Below, piece by piece: positions 22,844-37,311 of a DNA stretch of 64,000 nucleotides; position 1 is the first letter of the stretch, and each line of letters begins with the position of its first letter. Source of the stretch: Podarcis melisellensis (Eukaryota). The position numbers were made by a program, and so were the translations under genes. The notes under the pieces are model-generated. The model was not told the DNA's origin. It ran no database searches and saw nothing but the letters and a program-made list of their open reading frames with translations. Location of the stretch: assembly GCA_964234715.1 (NCBI GenBank), contig OZ174280.1; one strand, given 5' to 3'.

Positions 22844-23541
22844 GGAACTGAACCCCATGTATGAGGGATACTTGCAACATGATGCCCAAGAAGTATTGCA
22901 GTGTATATTGGGACATATCCAAGAAACATGTCAGCTGTTGAAGGAACAACTGAAACCCAGATCACTAGAAGAGCCCACAGCTGAACTAAAGAAAACTACT
23001 AATGAGGATATTGGCAGTACTGGTATTGTTGAGGAAGATGTCAGTTTGATCTCTGACCAAGCTATTGAGGATGGTGAAGATAAAACTAACGGAAATGCAA
23101 AAAGAAAAAATGATACAGAGGATGGGAATGAAAAGAAAAAATCCAAAGTTTCCAAAGAAAAAAATGGAATAGAAGAGAATCAGAGACGGACCAGGTCAAA
23201 GAGAAAAGCCCTGGAGGAAAAACTAGAAAATCAATCTGAAGCAACCATTAAGCATTGCATTGAAAATGAAAATACAAAACCAACCCATAAAAAATCCAGA
23301 CTTCGATTAAATTGGTTAAAATCTTCAAGCAAGCAACCTAGCATTCTGTCCAAATTTTGTAGTTTGGGCAAGCTGACAACAAACTTGGGGTTCAAAGAGC
23401 CTGTTAAAGAAATAGAAAACTCTGGATTCACAGACAGTTTCCGCAAGTGTGAAAATGGCAGCCAAGGAACGGAAGACTATTGTGATCCATCATCTATTGA
23501 AGGCACTGCCGAAAAAGAAATTGAAAAACAATGCCAGAGAG
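22844..23541 (+). CDS. USP1: USP1 coding exon 5 (insert 1, NLS region)
   Basis: ELNPMYEGYLQHDAQEVLQCILG...NWLK...QPSILSKFCSLGKLTTN; AG/GT. Confidence 0.95.
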
Positions 23542-24709
23542 GTTAGCCTTATGAGTAACTTGTGTGTGTGCCCAGTTTGCTGAGATCACCTGGCCACATT
23601 TTTGTGTTTTCATAGTGGTAGAAGAGATGGAACAAGTCACATGAATTGCCTCCTTGGCTTGGCTCTTTTTCTTTTTTTCCCACAGTCAAAGCTATGAGGG
23701 CTGTACATGTTTTGTGGCTACAGTTGTGGCTACAGTTGTATGTTATATACTAGGAAATAAACATCATTTAACTCAATAGGCTTCTGAGTAAACATTTTAG
23801 GATAGCGCTGTAAGCCTAGGAGCAAGACTACTAACCCAATCATGTTTCGTGGCTGGGTTTTGTGTCTCACTTTCTCCTGACATTAACTATGCATGGTGGG
23901 ACACAGGGTGGAAAGAGATTGAGATAGATGTTTAGTTCTAGCAGTGTAGCTTTCTTGTAGGGCAAAGCAAAGATGGCTGATACTTGCCCTAAGCAAGCAG
24001 AACAGTGGCATATTGCAGGGCTGGGTTAAGTAGATCTGAGTTGGCAAATATAACAAGCCAAAATGTAATACAAAGAAGGCCAGTGTTTTAACATTTCTAA
24101 TACTTCTGGATTTAACTTAATGAAAATTAAATCAATAGTTTTAGTATTTTTTAAAACAAAAACTGAAAATACTGGGATTTCTTTGTAGGGGTAGATTGGT
24201 AAAGTTCTTCTTTAGATGTAAGAAGCGGCCTGGAATGGTTAAGCCTGTATGCTAAGGGATCTTTTATCTTGCCCTATGGAAAACTGTTTCCTACATAATG
24301 AATGTTTCTTCTTCTCATACTCCTTTTTGAGTAAACATGCTTAGGGGTGTGCTGGTTGCATCTAAAAGATAGGGCTGCAATGACATTAGCGGGTTCAATA
24401 TCAAGAATGTACCCCCAGTGTAGTGCCTAATAATTGAAGTTCCTAATAAGAACTACATAGCTCATGTGGAGTGGGATCTAAAGAGATCCAAAGAGCTGTG
24501 GATGGAACTTCCTGCCTTGGCATACAGTTTTTGAACTATACTTTGGAACATTTCCTCTTGCTGTTTCAGCTGCTCAAAGATATGGGATTTGGGGGAGTAG
24601 TGTCATATGCAGTACGAGGAGCTGCAGTAAGATGATGAAATTCAGAGAACTCTGATAATATCTATTCAGGAAAAGAGTTTAACCTAATCTGGTATGTGCT
24701 TTACCTTAG

Positions 24710-24880
24710 GTTCAGAGATAGCTGTCTTCGATTTAGTGGAGAGACTCTTCCAGGGTCAGTTGGTGTTACGAACACGATGTTTAGAGTGTGAGAGTTTCAC
24801 TGAGAGAAGAGAAGACTTTCAAGATATTAGTGTGCCAGTGCAAAAAGAAGAGCTGTCAAAAACGGAAGAGAATTCTGAAA
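24710..24880 (+). CDS. USP1: USP1 coding exon 6
   Basis: LVERLFQGQLVLRTRCLECESFTERREDFQDISVPVQ; AG/GT. Confidence 0.96.
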
Positions 24881-25960
24881 GTAAGTATAAACCACAGTAA
24901 ATTTTAAGTATGCCTGTGATTCACATGCCTGTGTTTTGTAGGAGTATGCATACTTTCCTTGCCAACTATAGTTAAATTCTGGGTGTACATTTCTATATAT
25001 AGTTTTATTATTATTTTTTAAGTTGTATCTTGACAACTTGTCACCTGATGGGTGCTGACAGACATTACCTTTTAAAGTACATATGCAACCATTTTCTTGG
25101 AAACCGCTTTTTCCCAGCTTACACTTGATGCCAAGGGTGGGGCAGGTGGGCATGGTTTGGGGAAAACAGTACTGTGAGTGAAGTTAGGATCCCTGCTGGG
25201 CCTAATTGGGCCCATGTGCTGGAGTTCCCCTTCTGTGCTGTAGATCTGCTAGTGAACCCTCTGCTTGATGAAGGAAATTCAGAGTTACAGCTTTCCCCCA
25301 GCAGAGATTGCTATTCAGCTCCCAAGAGCAAGGGCCCCTTCCCAGTAATTTTGTTCCACTGTCAAACTTAATGTACAGTAACTCTTGTAACTTAAGGTCA
25401 CTACTTTAGGAATCAAGTCTTTGCTCTCTTCTGTATGACAGCCCTACAAGTATCTGGTTGGTTTGTTACATTTTTCTTAGAATGTTTTCATCTGCTGATT
25501 TGGTTGCATTTCTGTGCTTTTTAATTTTTTTCATGGCATTAATAAAATATAAGCTACCTTGGAAGATGCAGATGCATTGGAAGGGTATGGCATAAGTTTT
25601 CTAAATAAATATGTCTTTTTTCCAGGTGAAACATACCAAGTTTCTCCAACTTTTTCTCATAGGCCTTGTTTTCCATATTTCATTATCCTCCACTGAACCA
25701 ATTCCAATTTGTTTATATGCCCTTTAAAAGCACAACACCCAAAACTGGACATAGTACCTTGGATGTACAGAATAAGGTGACACTGTTATTTAGAAACTAA
25801 GATTCTTTGAATACAGCCCCAAAATTGCATTAGCCTTTTTGCAGTTGCACCACACTGATCAAACCTTCTGAGAGAAGAAATAGGTGTGTGCCAGAGGGGT
25901 GGTTGATGTGAATGTGCTCAGTATAGTATTTCAGTTGGTGAATATTGTTATCCTATAAAA

Positions 25961-26091
25961 CAGGCATAGGCAAACTGCCCTCCAGATGTTTTGAGACTAC
26001 ATTTCCCATCATCCCTGACCACTGGTCCTGTTAGCTAGGGATGGTAGTTGTAGTCCCAAAACATCTGGAGGGCTGAGTTTGCCTATGCCTG
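25961..26091. mobile_element. hAT-type palindromic MITE
   Basis: TIR CAGGCATAGGCAAACT; 8-bp TSD CTATAAAA on both sides. Confidence 0.92.
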
Positions 26092-26531
26092 CTATAAAAT
26101 GTCCCCATTCTGGTTGCTTAGAAATGTGTGGTCATACCAGTCTGTAACGTGCTGAAATGAAGCATGGCAATCTACGCAAGACAGATACTTCCTATAATAC
26201 AGGTCTTAGTTATATGGAAGGGTGCATGGCTCTAGGATTCTGCAGGTTTCTAGGATGGTGTTAAACCCATTCCCCACCTTAAAGAAACTGCCTTCTGTTT
26301 GGTTGTGCTGAAGTATGGAGATTAGGAATTGGCTTTGGAGAGTCATGAGATCACAGCAGAGCATAAGCTTTGGAACCCTGATGTGTAATTCGGTGTGTAA
26401 TTCTCTAGGATTCTGGCACTTTTTAAAACATTTACTCACATGTCCTGCACTCATTATCGTGGTCAACAACCTGATTTGTATTTAACTGCTTACAGTATTG
26501 GGCAAACTAAATATAAGCAACTTTTTTGTAG

Positions 26532-26733
26532 TTTCTCCAGATCCCAAAACAGAAGTGAAGACTCTGAAGTGGGCAATTTCCCAGTTTGCTTCAATGGAGA
26601 GGATTGTGGGAGAAGATAAATATTTCTGTGAAAACTGTCGTCATTACACAGAAGCTGAACGCAGTCTTCTATTTGACAAAATGCCTGAAGTTATAACCAT
26701 CCACTTGAAGTGCTTCGCGGCTAGAGGATTAGA
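26532..26733 (+). CDS. USP1: USP1 coding exon 7
   Basis: LKWAISQFASMERIVGEDKYFCENCRHYTEAERSLLFDKMPEVITIHLKCF; AG/GT. Confidence 0.96.
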
Positions 26734-28861
26734 GTGAGTATAGTGAATAAACCACATTGAACAACCTGACTACTGGAAGTAAAACTTTGCACAAATATAA
26801 AATAATAAAATGGAACCCACATCAAGTGAATTTAACTTCTGGAAAGAAGAGCATGAACTATATTGTTAGGTATCCCAAAATATACTGTTGAGATTGTGCT
26901 TCCCATGGAATTTGCACAGTAGCTCAGTTCCTCTAAGCATGAAGGGAGAGAGAGCAGTGGGACATATCCTGCAGCTTCTTACATCCTCAACAACAAAGAT
27001 ATACACTCATGGGGATCTTGTGTGATCAGTGTTTCTGAATGCAGGGAGGGCAGATACATATAGGTACACAAAGACTTCCAGAAATGGTGTGCCTAAAATT
27101 ATTTGTTCTTGCTACTACTTTTGAAATAAAAAAATAATTAGACCATATGGAGTGTTAAAAGTTTACAGCTCATTCCAAATTGTATGCATGCAAATATCCC
27201 TCCTATGGCAAGATCTGCCAGGACAAGCAGCTCAGGATGCAGTGGATCTCCCAATCCTAGTTTAGCCAAATATATGAAGGTGTAAATTGCTTAACCCGCC
27301 TAAGCTGAAGCTGGTGTTAGTCCTCAAAACGGGGTGTAGTGGGGCAGGACTAAGGAAGGCTGGATTCTAAGCTCATCCAGCTCAGTCACATGACCTGGCA
27401 ACCTAGTGTAGAACACTTATTTTTAAAAGGCTTGTTTTCCCTCAACCAGGTTTGGCAGTAGCAGCACTGCTGCTTAATGGAGTTTGCATCTGCTGTAATT
27501 TTACAGTGGCTTAATTTACATCAGCGTGCTTCCAGAGGATTGCTCCCTTAGTGTGCATGTACCTTTAAGCAAAATCCTCCTTCTAAAATAAAAGTCATGT
27601 GCTTCATTGTCATTACTTTGGTCACAGTCAAGTACTTTCTTGTAACTCGCGCTTTGTTGGGAAAGCAGCCAATATTAAATTCTACTCACCTGGTGATGAA
27701 TATTTTCTTCAACAGGTAGACTGTGCTAAAGCAGACCTAAATACTACAAAGTGGACAGTTGTCTAGAGAAATAAAAATAAATTAGGCAATAGTACAATAA
27801 TAGTATTTTATGCGAGTGTGCCTAAACTAGCAAGCACCCCATTAGCCAGGAAAGACTGCTGGGTAACTTCCTTGATTGCTTCTAGGCACGGTGAGAATCA
27901 ATTGTCTTGGCTTATTTGCCATTATTTTTTTCACCAGTTGCAAACTCTCAAAAGACTTATATGATTAAGATCTATCTACTAATAAATGTGTGTTAGAATA
28001 TGTATCCTATTCTTCCCACTGTTTCTTGTATCTTATGGAAGGTCTTAACAAATATTTTAAAACAAGTATCTCTTCCACTGTAGTCCCACATTATAATTAT
28101 TTAGGTTATGTTCATAATGCATAAAATATATTGCCAAATAAACCCTGTTCTTAATTTTCCACTATTGTATGGCTTTTCTTGCTATTTAAACACCAATCAG
28201 CATATAATTATAGACTATCTTTTGTAAGCTTTCAAACATTAGATACCTCAGGCAAAAACCAGTGGATTGTAATAAAAACATTTCCTGCTGTTATTTTACT
28301 GGAAGTTTAAGTGTAAATTAAAGGCATATCTGAAATTGAATTATCTATTGAGTGGATTCTCTCAACTGTCCCCAATATGAATTTCACTGTTGCGAAACAT
28401 GAAATTATTTTACAGTTTGTAAGTGCAAAGACATGGGGAGAAATTAGCTGGTGTCTTGTTGTAGTGCTTATTCAGAAATAGCTATGCAAATTGCTTACCT
28501 ATTGGGCTGTCTTTTGAAATACCTAATTGTCAAAAAAAATTAATTTTTCTTTGTAATAGTTTAAAAAAATGAAAAAAGTTGCTGATGTTCAGTCACTTGA
28601 TTTGTTACAGCAAGAAATTAAGTACAGTATCTTAATATGTTGGAGATCTAAAAGCTAAGCACTAGAGTACCTCATTTTGGCTCAATGTTTGCAGTATTAC
28701 TTGGTGATAATGCAATTTTAAGAGAATCCAAGTTTAAGAGTGACTGATATCCTAGAGCAACAGGAAAGCAAACTAGCTGAATTTTAAAATTTAAAAGTTT
28801 TATTTTTTAAAGGAGCGGTGCAAAGTGACAACATAATCTATTTATTACATTTCTCCCCAAG

Positions 28862-29582
28862 GTTTGATTGTTACGGTGGGCTGTCCAAGATAAATACTCC
28901 TTTACAGACACCTCTCAAGCTGTCTTTGGATGACTGGAGCATAAACCCAGGCAACGAAATATATGGACTGTTTGCTGTAGTGATGCACAGTGGTATTACA
29001 ATCAGCAGTGGGCACTACACAGCCTCTGTTAAAATTACAAATTTGGATAGCTTGGAATTGGACAAGGACAATTTAATAAGTGATCCATTTTGTAAAATTC
29101 ACCCAGAGCCACTGAATGAACAAGAAGCAAGAGCTGTCACTGAGGACTATGACGACGGTGAGGTCTCCTTTAGAGTCAGTGGAAGTGCTCAGCCTAACAA
29201 AGGACTGAACAAAAAGAATATAGAAGCTGTGGGGCTTCTTGGAGGACAAAAAAGCAAGCTGAACTGTGATTTGCCAAGCAACAAAGCAACCCATTCTGAG
29301 ATGATGGCTAACATAGTCACTGAAACTAAAAATGCAGAGCATAGCCATGCTAAAGGAGTTGCAGAGTTTGAACGCTGTGAGCAAACTGATCCTGCTATTG
29401 GACTAGAAAATAAAGCAATGCATATAATGCAGAGCTTGAAAGAGTATGAGGGGAAATGGCTACTTTTTGATGATTCCGAAGTGAAAGTTACAGAGGAAAA
29501 AGACTTTCTCAATCTTCTGTCCCCCATTTCCTCATCTACATCTACTCCTTACCTGCTGTTTTATAAGAAAATTGTAGAGTGA
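28862..29582 (+). CDS. USP1: USP1 last coding exon (His box, Gly-Gly autocleavage site)
   Basis: VMHSGITISSGHYTA, GLLGG|QKSK, WLLFDDSEV, PYLLFYKK; the exons sum to 2349 nt = 782 aa plus stop. Confidence 0.97.
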
Positions 29583-29768
29583 GGTTGTATTTTAACTATG
29601 TAAATATGTTTAGCATCTGATCAGCACTGAAGAGCACCTATGAAGCTACAGAATGATTCACCAGACTTAAGATTCTGTAAAAATGAGATGATTTTTTTAA
29701 AGTGGGTAATTATCTTTATAGATTATATACAGATCATAGCAATACAAACCTGTATATATAGTCCGTTG

Positions 29769-29898
29769 AATAAAATGCTTTAAGAGCACAGTAGCATTTA
29801 AAGGTGGTTCTAATTTTGTCACACTACTCATATTCGCTCTCTTTAAAAATAAAGTTATTTGTACTCATATTCTAGAGTGTATAGTTGATATAAATAAA
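29769..29898 (+). terminator. USP1: Candidate USP1 polyadenylation signals
   Basis: Three AATAAA hexamers near 29769, 29848 and 29893; which is used cannot be told from sequence. Confidence 0.45.
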
Positions 29899-31139
29899 TC
29901 CAGTTGCTTTTGCAAACAAATTTTTTTTCTTTATTTATAAAGCCATAGGACCTGAAAAAGTAATTGCTTCTTTTGTGCCCTTACCCTTCTCCATTGTTCC
30001 TCATATAGTCAAAATATGTGGTGGGATGCTCATCTCAGTTTCAAGGTAGGAATGTATACATGACTTGGTGTTTCAGTTTTATTTCTGAGTTCAGGTTACG
30101 CTATTTTAGTATAAATATTTAAACTACTGCAATTTTTCTTTAAAAGATAAGCATAGCTAGGTACCAATACAGAGGGTTCCAGTTTCTAAGGACCACTTCA
30201 CATTTTAGGCATGCAGTACTTTTGAAGGCAACTGTATCCATGGGTTGCATAAGGGAGGTTTGATTGGTTGGTACTTTCTTTTGAATGTACAAGTGATGCT
30301 AAAACTAGGTTTGGTTTTGGGTAATCTGTGAACTGAATTTGCAATGTACTCACTCCACTTACCTTAACACTATTCTAACAGTAGTGGCTTTTACAGATTT
30401 CATCCCTTTCAAATATGATTTCTAATTGAACACAAGGTGGACTAAAGGTATTTTTGGTTAAAGGCGGTTACCACATTTTCCAGTATGCTGGTATAGTTTT
30501 CGAAGAGAATCATAAAATTTTGCACTAGGCATATCTACTGAGAAGTTAATACTGAGAAAAAACTCTAAAGGAGTGACTAAGTGGTTTACAAATGTTTGTC
30601 AATCAACTGAATTGAAATGGGGCTTACTCTCAAATAAGGGGTTAGGATTGCAGCCTTGATGCTGAACTAGCAGTTTGCAAAAAACAGGCATCACTGAAGC
30701 GGCAATAGTGTTATGTAATGAATACATCATGTGAACACCCAGTCTACTTTATACAAGTCCTTCCTTCCTGTGCAGCATCCTTTGCTGAAGCCAGCTTAGC
30801 CTTGCAACAGGAATGAAAGAGACAAGCTACTTATCACCTCATGTCTGCTTGAAAGCCAAAAGTCCCTGCTTCACTTTCAGTGACCCAAAACAGTATTTGA
30901 AACTGGAAATTAGCGCTTTAGAAACAGGTTGGCTTTTGTGGACCCCCATATCCCCAAGGTCATCCCAGCATTTTGAGCCACAAGCCCAATGTAACACTAG
31001 CCACGTGACACAAAAGTTTAAAAATGAAAGCATCCTTAAAAAGCATTTTGTATACTTACCTTTCTCTAGGATCTTTTTTCACACAAAGATGAATTTTTAA
31101 AGCTGGCACACCAAGAAATAAAGTGTAAACATTCAAATA

Positions 31140-31145
31140 TTTAAT
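31140..31145 (-). terminator. DOCK7: Candidate DOCK7 polyadenylation signal ATTAAA
   Basis: About 430 nt after the stop in an AT-rich UTR, followed on the minus strand by a GT/T-rich tract. Confidence 0.5.
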
Positions 31146-31576
31146 GGTACCATTAAAATAAACACTGCATTAAAAATGGTTTAAATGCATTTGCAAATGC
31201 TCCTAATATAAAATAAATATATGAACTAAAACAAAAACAAATTTAACATTAAAGAATGCTATAAATAATGGTTGATGCATTTGGAGTACCTCTGAATATT
31301 AAAAAATGCCTTAAAAAACAGTTGTGTTTACAGTCTCACCAGTAGTTTGTATACTGTTGCCATGGGGTTAAAAAAGGTTTGAAGTCTATATAATAATTCA
31401 GAAGGGAAATTTGGCCACTTAACACTTCCATGTAAATTGGTAAAATGTGTGCATGGTGTCCTGAACAAAGTCCAAAGTTTTATTTCCAAATAAAACTTAT
31501 AAAAAATTCCCGGTGTTGATGACACTGCACTCGTTTGTTCAGTACCTTAAAATTCTTAAAGTGTATTTTAAGGTGC

Positions 31577-31619
31577 TCAGATGTCCATTTTGCGAAGGCT
31601 CATTCTGCTGAAGGAATCT
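31577..31619 (-). CDS. DOCK7: DOCK7 last coding exon
   Basis: (R)DSFSRMSLRKMDI*. Confidence 0.93.
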
Positions 31620-31949
31620 CTGGGGAGGAAAAAACAATGAGATAAGTTTCTACTTCCCAAGCTGAACGCCAGAGTCTGGTGGTAATATTCTGCTACACAA
31701 AATGTTTGCGTGTGCAGCTATAAAATTAACTAGTTCTCCTATCTCAGGGGTGACTAGAAGCCTAAGGCTCTGGTCTTCTTAAGTGTGAGAAAGAGGGCTT
31801 GGGGCCACACATATAGGGGTGTTAGTAAAGTAATTGTAAGGATTTTATATCACTACAGATAGGAATTTTCAATTTGCCTTCCCATGTACTTTTCTATCCA
31901 GGAGACCTTTTAAAGAAACATTAACAGATGTTAACATATATAAGAATTA

Positions 31950-32135
<186 letters not shown>

Positions 32136-32757
32136 TCAGACAATAGGAAAGTGACCATAGTTACCCTCTTGGAGCCAGCCAGCAGCACTGTATCTGTTTC
32201 CGTTGCGTACATTCCTTGGGTCACAAAACTAATTGCACTTATTTGGAAACATCCGAAACTTCCAACGCAGTGTGACTGCAATGCCAAAATTGGCTTTCAC
32301 ACAATAAAACATCAGTCTTTCTGTTCTTTGGAGTAGATGTCTCCAAGTCATCCTAGAAATCTGATTTCTCTAAAGCTGTCTAACAGCATTTAAAAAGAAA
32401 TGAAGCTACTGTTTCTGTACCAAAGCACCTGGCTACACATGATTCTCCAACATGTATATAAAAGGAAAATACAAAGCACTGTGAGGTTTTCTGTGTTTCC
32501 TTGTTTAACAGAAGGAAAATGCTCACCGTACATGTCCAGAATGCCCCTTGCTTAGACAAGAAAAAAGGGGACTGCTCCTGAAAGGATGCAGAAGTGCGTC
32601 AGCATTCATGGATCAAGGCCAACGTGCTGGAAGAGCATCAGTGCCACCTAATAATGCCAAATCTGTTGTACGCCTCAGTACTGCTTTTTTGAGGAATGTA
32701 GGATAAAGTTTCAGGGAATTTTCTAAATTACGCAGAAATGAATTAAGAAGCAATATA

Positions 32758-32983
32758 CAGTATCTCGGAAGTTGAACGCCTTGCGACTCGGAATGTTTTG
32801 GCTCCTGAACGTCGCAAACCCGGAAGTGAGCGTTCCGGTTTGCGAACATTCATTTGGAACTGGAACATCCGACGCAGCTTTCGATTGGCTGCAGGAGCTT
32901 CCTGCAGCCAATCGAAAGCCACACCTTGGTCTCCGAAGTCGAACGGACTTCCGGAATGGATTCCGTTCGACTTCCGATGTACA
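32758..32983. mobile_element. Tc1/mariner-type MITE
   Basis: Shares its core with the 4995 and 39495 copies; internal palindrome TTCGATTGGCTGCAGGA...TCCTGCAGCCAATCGAA. Confidence 0.8.
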
Positions 32984-33070
32984 TCAGGGCTGGAAGGTGA
33001 GAAGGGACTAAAGTAAGTAATCAGACCCACCACAAGACAATTGATCAACATATCTATCATGATCTTTTTA

Positions 33071-33280
<210 letters not shown>

Positions 33281-33965
33281 TCACATACATGGAAGACTCC
33301 ACAGAATCTCTTTAGGCTGTCTCCCCACTAGGACCACACTCCACAACCTCCCTTCTCTTCCTCTCTACGTGGACACTTATGCAACTGTCAAGGAGAAGGC
33401 AGAGCCGCACAAGGATTGCTTTCAAATGTTGCCTATAGCAGCTCTAAGGGTGCATACAAACAGATCTCAAAATAGGACCCACCACACACTCTCATATGAA
33501 ATATGTGTGGCTCCCTCCACACAATGCAGTTGACACTTGAACTTAGCAAAGATTCAAATACTGATTCGGTCTGACACCTACCCCTACTTGTTGGTGGGCA
33601 CTGACCTCTAGTTTTTAGGTATCACATATACATGTTTACCTAGGAATAAGTCCCATTGAACTCAATAGGGCTTTCTTCAGAGCAAACATGTATTATGTAC
33701 TGCTTTTCAGTGAAATGTCTGCCTTTAAAAAAAAGGTGAATCGTTTTTAGAGATATTCTGTCCTGGGAAGGGGAGATTATTACATCACATGTTCCATTCA
33801 ATCAAAAGTGTCCACCTCTTGCTTCTGCTGTTAACTCACAGAGCCACTTTGCTTCAGAGAGTAAAACTCGGCAAATGTGCTTCTACACACTCAAATTACT
33901 TGCATTTGCACATACTCTGTTAGCCATTACTTCAATAATACCGTCCTCTTCAATACAAAATAAGT

Positions 33966-33998
<33 letters not shown>

Positions 33999-34119
33999 TA
34001 TTATTACTGTTTATATGCAATATATAGTCAGAACCCATTTTTGACAACATTTTTTAAAATAAGCAAGTCTTGATGGTTGTACTCATGGACCTTTCTGATC
34101 AAGACACTGAAAGGGCCTA

Positions 34120-34281
<162 letters not shown>

Positions 34282-34387
34282 CTAAGGAAACGAACACAGG
34301 AAAATTTAAGAAGAACATCAGGGACTTCTCTTTTCACTGTGATTATAAGAAAATTTAATTTAGACTCATAAATAAGGAAAGGGAGAA

Positions 34388-34541
34388 TCATAGAATTGTA
34401 GAGTTGGAAGGGACACTGAGGATCATCTAGAGTTCTAGACCAACCTCCTGCAATGCAGGAATGTGCAACTGTCCCATATCATGCAGGGATCAAACCTGCA
34501 ACCTTTGTGTTATCAGCACCATAATGTAACCAACTGTGCTA
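34388..34541 (-). mobile_element. tRNA-derived SINE with CR1-like tail
   Basis: Minus-strand head TAGCACAGTTGGTTA...GCAGGTTTGATCCC and tail ...TCTACAATTCTATG. Confidence 0.6.
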
Positions 34542-34826
34542 TACAGGTGTGTTGATTTTTCTTTTTCCCAGTTGCTAGATGCAAAGTACTACTGAAAAAA
34601 TTAGAGCAGCTTTCCAGCAATAGTAATCATCAGTATCAAAACCTGGCACCTGAAATAAAAGCTCCTCCTCTCAGGCTTTTGCAGTAAAAGCAGCTTTGTA
34701 AATGCATCTAAAACATGCCAATCAATAATCAGCAAGCTGAAACTTTGCTGAGCGCATTATTTTTTATGTTAATCATTCCCCCTCTATTTCTGGCATTTCT
34801 CCCTCTTAAATTTACAGTTACCATCA

Positions 34827-35096
<270 letters not shown>

Positions 35097-35630
35097 CTAG
35101 TTGGAATACACTGCAGAATAGTCACCAGCCAACTAGCAACCGCGCATGGCCCTCATTCACTCGTGACACTGCTCCTGCTACAGAATTTTTATGTTTGTGA
35201 GTGAGCAGCAAGGGGCATTAACCAAGAGACAGAACGAGGCCCACACCAGTGGAAAGCACAAGCTTGCTGCCATTTTGTCCTCCGCACTGTGAACTTAACT
35301 CTCAGAGCCAGTTGCAAAGATACAAAAGTCGGCGAAAGCAGACAACTCTTGCCTCAGTCTCCCTGGTGAAAATATAGTATGAAGTGATACAATACATCAA
35401 TTATATTCTAAACCAGAATTGTCTAAAAACTGCTACCTGATACCTGTATCTAGATTGAGAGAGGTGTGTGGATAAGGTCAGGGAGATCCTGAGATAAATG
35501 GCCCTGGTGCAGCATCATGTTATCCACTCAATTTATTTTCTGGAACCATAGTGTGTAGCCATGCACAAGCCAGGAACAAGGGCACTTCTCACACCAAATA
35601 CAGGAATGTCCAACTTGATACTTATTTTTA

Positions 35631-35750
<120 letters not shown>

Positions 35751-36744
35751 TTATAAAGTACAATCTGGAGCAAAGTTTTAAAGGAAGGGTTGGCACACAA
35801 TGTTAGCAGAATCACATGAAAACTGTGGCTGTGGTGTGGGCTATGCCTGCATAACTTTGGGGAACAATTTTTTTTTGGGGGGGACAGGAAAAATAATAAC
35901 GTGGGGGGGGGGAGTCTGCCTCAAAGTATTTTGTCAATGTGGAAAAATCCCATCATTTTATCATACATGCTGGACAGTGTGTGCAGCAAAACAAGTTTAA
36001 AAGACCACACATTACACACCAAAGCACACACTGCGCCAAGATATGAATGAGCTTTGTTCCCCGACTGCAGCTGTTTTGTTCTTTCATTCATGATTGTAAC
36101 GATTTAGTCTTAATTAACTGCAGTTAATAAACTATATATATAACTCTCAGTTCAAGCTGGGAAACTATAGTCAATGACTCCTAAACATGCCAGGGTCCTA
36201 AGCCAATGTTAAACCAAGGCTTTCTATTCTGGCTTGTTTGGAAGCTCGAAACCATCAGTTCCCAGTTGGAATGTAAGGGGAAACTATAGCTAACTGAAAC
36301 TTCCTGACTTGCACGAAGCAAAAGGTGAAGCAGCCGTCTGTGGGTGCATGAGGCTCATTCACATCTCAGCTTATTAAGCCAAGGTATGGTTGTCTGAATG
36401 CAACCCCATGGCTCAGAACTGGGCTAATCTTGGTACAAGATAAACCTGAGCCTACGTTTACCTTGTGGAGGTTTAAAAAGTAAAGTAAACAGGGCTCCTA
36501 TCTTTGATTGCTCTTTGTGAACGATTGGAAATTACTTGGCCTGAAGGATCCTTTTCACTCATGCACTGAGCCACAATCCTATTCATGGCTGTCTTGCATA
36601 TGTGAATGCTACAGCTTATGTGGACAGGACCACAGGTCAGGTGAACACAGGTTGTTGTTTTTTGTGTTTGTTTGTTTTTTTTGCAGTGGGAGGGAATAAA
36701 GTAATCCCTGAACTTGACTCTTTTTATAATTACAAATACAATTA

Positions 36745-37122
36745 TTTATTACTTATACCCCACCAATCCAACTGGGTTGCCCCAGCCACTTTGGCCAGCC
36801 CTCCAACACATTAAGACATCAAACATAAAAAGCTTCCTGATACAGGGCTGCCTTCATAAAGTTGTGTAATTATTTGCTTATTTGACATCTGACGGGAAGG
36901 CATTCCACAGGGAATGGGCCACTACCAAGAAGGCCCTCTGCCTGGTTCCCTGTAACCTCAATTCTCACGATGAGGGAACCGCCAGAAGACCCTCGGAGCT
37001 AGACTTCAGGGTCTGGGCTGAACAATGGGGGTGGAGATGCTCCTTCAGGAATACAGGGCTGAGAGCTTTAAAGGTCAGCACCAACACTTTGAATTGCATT
37101 TGGAAACATACTGGGAGCTCCC
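36745..37122 (-). mobile_element. L2 LINE 3' fragment
   Basis: LPVCFQMQFKVLVLTFKAL ORF2 C-terminal motif plus the 3' tail. Confidence 0.85.
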
Positions 37123-37155
37123 TGAAAGCCCATGTAATGACAGGATTGTATTTTA

Positions 37156-37311
<156 letters not shown>

